The translations under genes were made by a program, and so were the position numbers. The notes under the pieces are model-generated. The model had not been told where the DNA came from. It ran no database searches and was given only the letters and a program-made list of their open reading frames with translations. A stretch of 64,000 nt of DNA, taken from the NCBI GenBank assembly GCA_037190965.1, contig JBBCKI010000070.1:21375-85374 (forward strand). The letters run 5' to 3'. Positions 59,424 through 64,000 of the stretch are shown one piece after another. The first letter of the stretch is position 1. Every line of letters starts with the position of its first letter. This DNA comes from Chthoniobacteraceae bacterium (lineage in GTDB: Bacteria; Verrucomicrobiota; Verrucomicrobiia; Chthoniobacterales; Chthoniobacteraceae).

Positions 59424-60062
59424 TTACGTCACGTCTTCCGCGCCCAACGCGATGTGGACGAGATCCCATACGATATGCACCGCCGTTCCGTGCACCTCCT
59501 GAATCCGATGAATGCTGTAGGAGGGAACAACGAAGCAGTAATCGGCGAAATCGGGAAGCCGCCCGCCGTCCTTACCCGTAAAAGCGACCGTCATCATCTT
59601 TTTTTCCCGCGCGGCTTCCAGAGCATAGAGAATATTGGGCGATTTCCCGCTGGTGCTGAAGGCCATCACCATATCGCCCGGGGAACCGAGGAGGCGAAGC
59701 TGGTCGACGTAAACGTGCGTAAAATCGACGTCGTTGCCGATCGCGGTCATCGTCGCGATGTCGGTCATCAGCGGAATGACAGGGAAGGCGACTCGCTTTT
59801 CGATGATCGGGTGATTGAACTCCACGGTAATATGCAGCGCATCACAAAGGCTCCCGCCGTTACCTAGCGCAAAGAGCCTGCCGCCCGCCGCGAAGCGCTC
59901 GGCCATGGCCCGGGACATTGCTTCCAGCGCGTCGGCATTGCGGTCGAAGAAAAGCTTCTTCATCTCCACGCTTTCGCCGCATTTCTGGGCAATCTTGTCG
60001 CGGAAGCTATCGGCAGGATTGACCGTTCCGGGAAGCGGCGGAATTGGGAGAGAGGAATTCAT
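59424..60062 (-). CDS. SIS-domain protein (GmhA-like) in the hyp operon
   Basis: [29 protein letters not shown]. Confidence 0.88.
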   Translation of the reverse strand: MNSSLPIPPLPGTVNPADSFRDKIAQKCGESVEMKKLFFDRNADALEAMSRAMAERFAAGGRLFALGNGGSLCDALHITVEFNHPIIEKRVAFPVIPLMTDIATMTAIGNDVDFTHVYVDQLRLLGSPGDMVMAFSTSGKSPNILYALEAAREKKMMTVAFTGKDGGRLPDFADYCFVVPSYSIHRIQEVHGTAVHIVWDLVHIALGAEDVT

Positions 60063-61186
60063 GAGGTGATCTCTTGGGGTTGCTGCTGTCGGGCCAGCTC
60101 CAGATGCCGTCCGTAGGCGTAGTACGCCGCGCATGCTCCTTCGCCGGAGACCATCGTCGCCCCAAGCGGGTTTTCCGATGTGCAGAGTGTGCCGAAGGCC
60201 GGGCAGTCCTTCGGCTTTTTGACGCCCCGGAGAATCAACCCGCTGATGCAGATTGGGGGCTCCTTCGTGTCGATCTCTTTCACGTCGAAAAGCCGCTCGG
60301 CATCGTGCTCCTTGAACTCGTAGCGAAGTTTGTAGCCGCTCTTCGGAATCGATCCGACGCCGCGCCATTTTCGGTCGCAGACCTCGAACACCTTGTTCAC
60401 CAGCTCCTGTGCTACCCGGTTGCCATCCCGTTGGACGACGCGGGGGTACTGATTCTCCACGAGATGCGTCCCGGCCTCGAGCTGCCGCACCGCCATCAAC
60501 GTTCCCTGCAGGATGTCGAGCGGCTCGAACCCGGTAATGACGATGGGCACGCGGAAGCGCGCGGCAAGAGGCTCGTACTCGCGATAACCCATTACGGTAC
60601 AGACGTGACCGGGCCCGATGAACCCCTGCACGCGGTTGAGAGGCGATTGCAGGATGGAGGCGATGGAGGGCGGCACCAGCACATGGGAGACGAGGAGCGA
60701 AAAGTTCTTCACCCCCTGCTTGCGCGCCTGCCAGGCCGCCATCGCATTCGCGGGAGCCGTCGTCTCGAAGCCGATGGCGAAGAAGACGACGTTTTTGGCG
60801 GGGTTGGCTCGCGCGATCTTCAGGCAATCGATCGGGCTGTAGACGACGCGCACATCGGCACCGCGCGATTTGAGCGCGAGCAGATCGCCTTGTGAACCGG
60901 GCACGCGCAGCATGTCTCCGAACGAACAGAAGATCACGTCCGGCCGCCGCGCGATGGCGTGCGCCTTGTCGATCATTTCCAGCGAAGTCACGCAGACAGG
61001 GCAGCCCGGTCCATGCACGAGATCGATCTCGGGCGGCAGCAGGTGGTCGATCCCGTATTTGACAATCGAATGCGTCTGCCCGCCGCAGACTTCCATCAAG
61101 ACCCAGGGGCGTGTCACGATCCGGCGGATCTCCCCGGTTATCTTCAATGCGAGCGCCTCGTTGCGGTATTCGTCGAGAAATTTCAT
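60059..61186 (-). CDS. hypD: Hydrogenase maturation protein HypD
   Basis: [39 protein letters not shown]. Confidence 0.97.
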   Translation of the reverse strand: MKFLDEYRNEALALKITGEIRRIVTRPWVLMEVCGGQTHSIVKYGIDHLLPPEIDLVHGPGCPVCVTSLEMIDKAHAIARRPDVIFCSFGDMLRVPGSQGDLLALKSRGADVRVVYSPIDCLKIARANPAKNVVFFAIGFETTAPANAMAAWQARKQGVKNFSLLVSHVLVPPSIASILQSPLNRVQGFIGPGHVCTVMGYREYEPLAARFRVPIVITGFEPLDILQGTLMAVRQLEAGTHLVENQYPRVVQRDGNRVAQELVNKVFEVCDRKWRGVGSIPKSGYKLRYEFKEHDAERLFDVKEIDTKEPPICISGLILRGVKKPKDCPAFGTLCTSENPLGATMVSGEGACAAYYAYGRHLELARQQQPQEITS

Positions 61187-61476
61187 CGGCTCTGCTCCCC
61201 GGCCTCAGGCGGCCATGATGAATCGATTTCAGGGGCGTCCAATTCCCCAAGCTGTTTCATGGCTTCGAGCAACCTGTACGTCCGCTCGGCCTCCTCTTCG
61301 TCAACCCTGCTGAGGGCAAAGCCGACGTGAACGAGAATATAGTCGCCGGGCTTGGCTTCAGGAGTATACTCGAGACAAACCTGCTTGACGACGCCGCCGA
61401 AGTTCGCGCGGCCCATCCTCACGCCGTGGCTATCGTCCGTAATTTCGAAAAGCTTGCCGGGAATTGCGAGACACAT
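61183..61476 (-). CDS. hypC: Hydrogenase chaperone HypC
   Basis: MCLAIPG, LVHVGFA. Confidence 0.96.
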   Translation of the reverse strand: MCLAIPGKLFEITDDSHGVRMGRANFGGVVKQVCLEYTPEAKPGDYILVHVGFALSRVDEEEAERTYRLLEAMKQLGELDAPEIDSSWPPEAGEQSR

Positions 61477-61552
61477 GGATTTCGAGAGCGCCGACGCCCA
61501 TCGCGTTGAAGATCGTCCCCAGCGGCGATTGCGTACAGCATCGTACCCGGGA

Positions 61553-63883
61553 TCAATCGAAACTACCCCACTGCCTGCGCGTATCCTCGGGCCTCCCGAA
61601 GGAGAATCCCCGTTGCATCCAGGCAGCGGCCACGATCTGGCCAAGCGCGATGCCGCCGTCGTTGGGCGGCACATCCTTATGCCAATACGGCAGGAACCCC
61701 TCTTGCGAAAGCCGCCGGACCATTTGCTCGGTCAGGAGCTTATTCTGGAAACAGCCGCCCGTGAGGACGATCCGGGGTTCTCCCACGATCCGCGCCACCG
61801 CGACCGCCGCTTCCGCGAGCATGTTGTGGAACTTCGCGGCGATTCGACCGGGGCAGAGACCGTCTTGGCGGTCGCGGATAATGGCCAGGACCGTCCGCTC
61901 CCAGTCGAGCACCTCCTTCTCGCGAACCTCAAACGGATACGCTTCCTCGACATCGGGATCGACGGCGGCCTCCAGTTCCATCGCCGCCTGTCCCTCGAAG
62001 CTCACCCGATCCCGCAGTCCCGCCAGAGCAGCGACGGCGTCGAAGAGCCGCCCCACGCTGGAAGTTTTTGGCAGGTTGACGCCGTTCTCAAACATCTTCC
62101 GCAACCATGCCGCCTCCTTTCTTGAAAAGGCGGAAAGAAGATCGCGGCGCTCCCAGAGTTCGTCGCCAAAAATCTCGTGCAAGACGCCAAGGGCACAGCG
62201 GCGAGGTTCCTTGATCGCAGCTTCCCCACCGGGGAGCCCGAAAGGCCGCCAATGCGCCACGCGCCGGAACGAACCTCCATCCGCCAGCAGGAATTCTCCC
62301 CCCCAGATGGTCCCATCGGTTCCGAACCCTGTGCCATCCCAGGCAATGCCAAGGGCGGGAGGGACGAGCCCGTTCTCCGCCATGCAGGCCGCAACATGCG
62401 CCCAATGGTGCTGGATGAAATCCACCGGGAATGGCGAATGCGCGGCATATTTCGTGGAGAGATAGTCGGGGTGCAGGTCCCCGACGATGCGCTCGATCGT
62501 GGCGTCGTAAAGATGCGGCAGATCGCTCGCCGCTTTGCAGAAGGCGGAGTAAGCCTGCTTTGTCTCCAGATTCCCCACGTGTTGGCTGAGGAAGATGTTC
62601 GTTCCCTGGCTCAATGCCACGGCATTCTTGAGGTGCGCCCCAACGGCCATCATCGCAGGAAGCGATTGCGCCACCCGAACGGGAAGCGGCGCGTAGCCGC
62701 GTGCCCGGCGCAAGACCAGCAAGCGGCCGCACATCGGCCGCACCACGGAATCGTCCATGTGCCGGGCGATCGGCCGGTCGTGGACGAGGAAGGTGTCGGC
62801 GATGCCGCGCAGCCGCTCAAGAGCTTCATGCTCGTCGATGCAAATCGGCTCATCGCTCAGGTTGCCGCTCGTCGCCACCACGGGAAAGCCAAGCTCTCGC
62901 ATCAGCAAATGATGGAGCGGAGTGTACGGAAGCATCACGCCAAGGTACGGGCTGCCGGGTGCGACCGATGGGGCCATAAAGGCAGCCCCCGCGCCGACAT
63001 GGGAAAGACTAGGCAGAAGCACAATCGGCGCTTCGGGCGAGCAGAGGAGCCGCTCTTCCAGGACGCCGATCTCGCAGATCTCCCGGGCTCGTTCCAGCGA
63101 CGGAACCATGAGGGCAAATGGTTTCTCCTCACGATGCTTCCGCGCTCGAAGCCGCCGCACCGCCGCCTCGTGGCCTGCATCGACGATAAGCTGAAAGCCG
63201 CCCATCCCTTTCAAGGCAAGCACTTCACCGTTGCGAACCCGCTCTGCCGCCGCCATCAACGCTTCGTCTTTCACTGCCAGCAGGCCGCCCCCGGCATTCC
63301 ACAACGCGATCTGGGGGCCGCACTCCGGACAGGCGTTCGGTTGGGCGTGAAAGCGGCGATCGAGCGGGTTGCGGTATTCTTCCTCGCATCGGGCGCACAT
63401 CGTAAAGCCCTTCATCGTGGTGCGCGGGCGGTCGTAAGGAAGTGATTCGATCATCGTGAACCGCGGGCCGCAGTTCGTGCAATTGGTGAACGGATACCTG
63501 AACCGGCGGTCGTTCCCATCGAAGAGCTCCCGGAGGCAATCCGCACAGGTGGCGATATCGGGCGAGATCACCACGTTCTTGTCGCCGGTGTCGTCGCTAT
63601 AGCGAATTTCGAAACGCCGGTATCCCGCCGCTTCCAGACAGTTCACCCCCACGTGATGGACCGTCGCGCGCGGCGGTGTCTCGCCCGTCAAACGGTCAAC
63701 AAAGCACTGCACCACTTCCTCCGCGCCTTCCACTTCGATGACCACTCCTTCCGCCGAGTTCAATACCCAGCCGCACAAGTTGAGTTCGCTGGCCAGCCGG
63801 TAAACATAAGGCCGAAAACCGACCCCTTGAACGGCACCTTGCACAAGGATCCTGGCACGCTTGATGGAGGGCGGGGACTGCAT
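61553..63883 (-). CDS. hypF: Carbamoyltransferase HypF
   Basis: VQGVGFRP acylphosphatase domain, CXXC zinc fingers, KGMGGF, TSGN, PPNDGGIALGQ. Confidence 0.97.
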   Translation of the reverse strand: MQSPPSIKRARILVQGAVQGVGFRPYVYRLASELNLCGWVLNSAEGVVIEVEGAEEVVQCFVDRLTGETPPRATVHHVGVNCLEAAGYRRFEIRYSDDTGDKNVVISPDIATCADCLRELFDGNDRRFRYPFTNCTNCGPRFTMIESLPYDRPRTTMKGFTMCARCEEEYRNPLDRRFHAQPNACPECGPQIALWNAGGGLLAVKDEALMAAAERVRNGEVLALKGMGGFQLIVDAGHEAAVRRLRARKHREEKPFALMVPSLERAREICEIGVLEERLLCSPEAPIVLLPSLSHVGAGAAFMAPSVAPGSPYLGVMLPYTPLHHLLMRELGFPVVATSGNLSDEPICIDEHEALERLRGIADTFLVHDRPIARHMDDSVVRPMCGRLLVLRRARGYAPLPVRVAQSLPAMMAVGAHLKNAVALSQGTNIFLSQHVGNLETKQAYSAFCKAASDLPHLYDATIERIVGDLHPDYLSTKYAAHSPFPVDFIQHHWAHVAACMAENGLVPPALGIAWDGTGFGTDGTIWGGEFLLADGGSFRRVAHWRPFGLPGGEAAIKEPRRCALGVLHEIFGDELWERRDLLSAFSRKEAAWLRKMFENGVNLPKTSSVGRLFDAVAALAGLRDRVSFEGQAAMELEAAVDPDVEEAYPFEVREKEVLDWERTVLAIIRDRQDGLCPGRIAAKFHNMLAEAAVAVARIVGEPRIVLTGGCFQNKLLTEQMVRRLSQEGFLPYWHKDVPPNDGGIALGQIVAAAWMQRGFSFGRPEDTRRQWGSFD

Positions 63884-64000
63884 GGGGTGAAAGATTAGGG
63901 AGTGTCTACGAATTGAGAAAAAGTGAGCTTTCGGCTGCGAGGATTGCGGCGTCGCGGAGCTCCGCCCTCCGTTGGCGGGTATTTCGCTCTGGTTTATCAA

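Noticed and set aside
60063..61250. 608-aa SIS fusion ORF
   Set aside because: The upstream part is an alternative frame of hypD; the SIS gene starts at 60062.

Overview
GC-rich bacterial chromosomal segment, most likely Verrucomicrobiota (inferred from PEP-CTERM proteins, an autotransporter-associated beta-strand-repeat/PEP-CTERM protein, a prepilin/H-X9-DG protein and fused sugar ABC genes). The first ~40 kb is mostly housekeeping and envelope genes: surA-like (partial), cbpA-type DnaJ, sppA, thiL-tsaE-tsaB, ferritin-sufT, nfo, AsmA-like, trpC, tRNA-Gly, tRNA-His, TPR-ExbB-ExbD-ExbD, PpiD-like, metG, glpX, GT9, Hpt/response regulator, an ABC operon with an embedded STAS protein, and an RND pump. 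About 40.6-58.1 kb is an accessory carbohydrate-utilisation locus. 58.3-63.9 kb is a hypF-hypC-hypD-SIS-hypE hydrogenase maturation operon. Main signals not in the ORF track: (1) a 19-bp palindrome TGGTTY-N7-ARACCA in all three promoter regions of the carbohydrate locus, which defines a candidate regulon; (2) a ~160-nt nested rod-like hairpin at 2592-2749; (3) three copies of a ~160-nt GTAG-type REP doublet; (4) a second, CGTT-type REP doublet flanked by a 23-bp direct repeat; (5) a frameshifted oxidoreductase remnant; (6) a sufT gene whose normal 3' end appears lost. No CRISPR array, transposase, integrase or rRNA was seen. All calls are from motif recognition by eye; no database searches were run.
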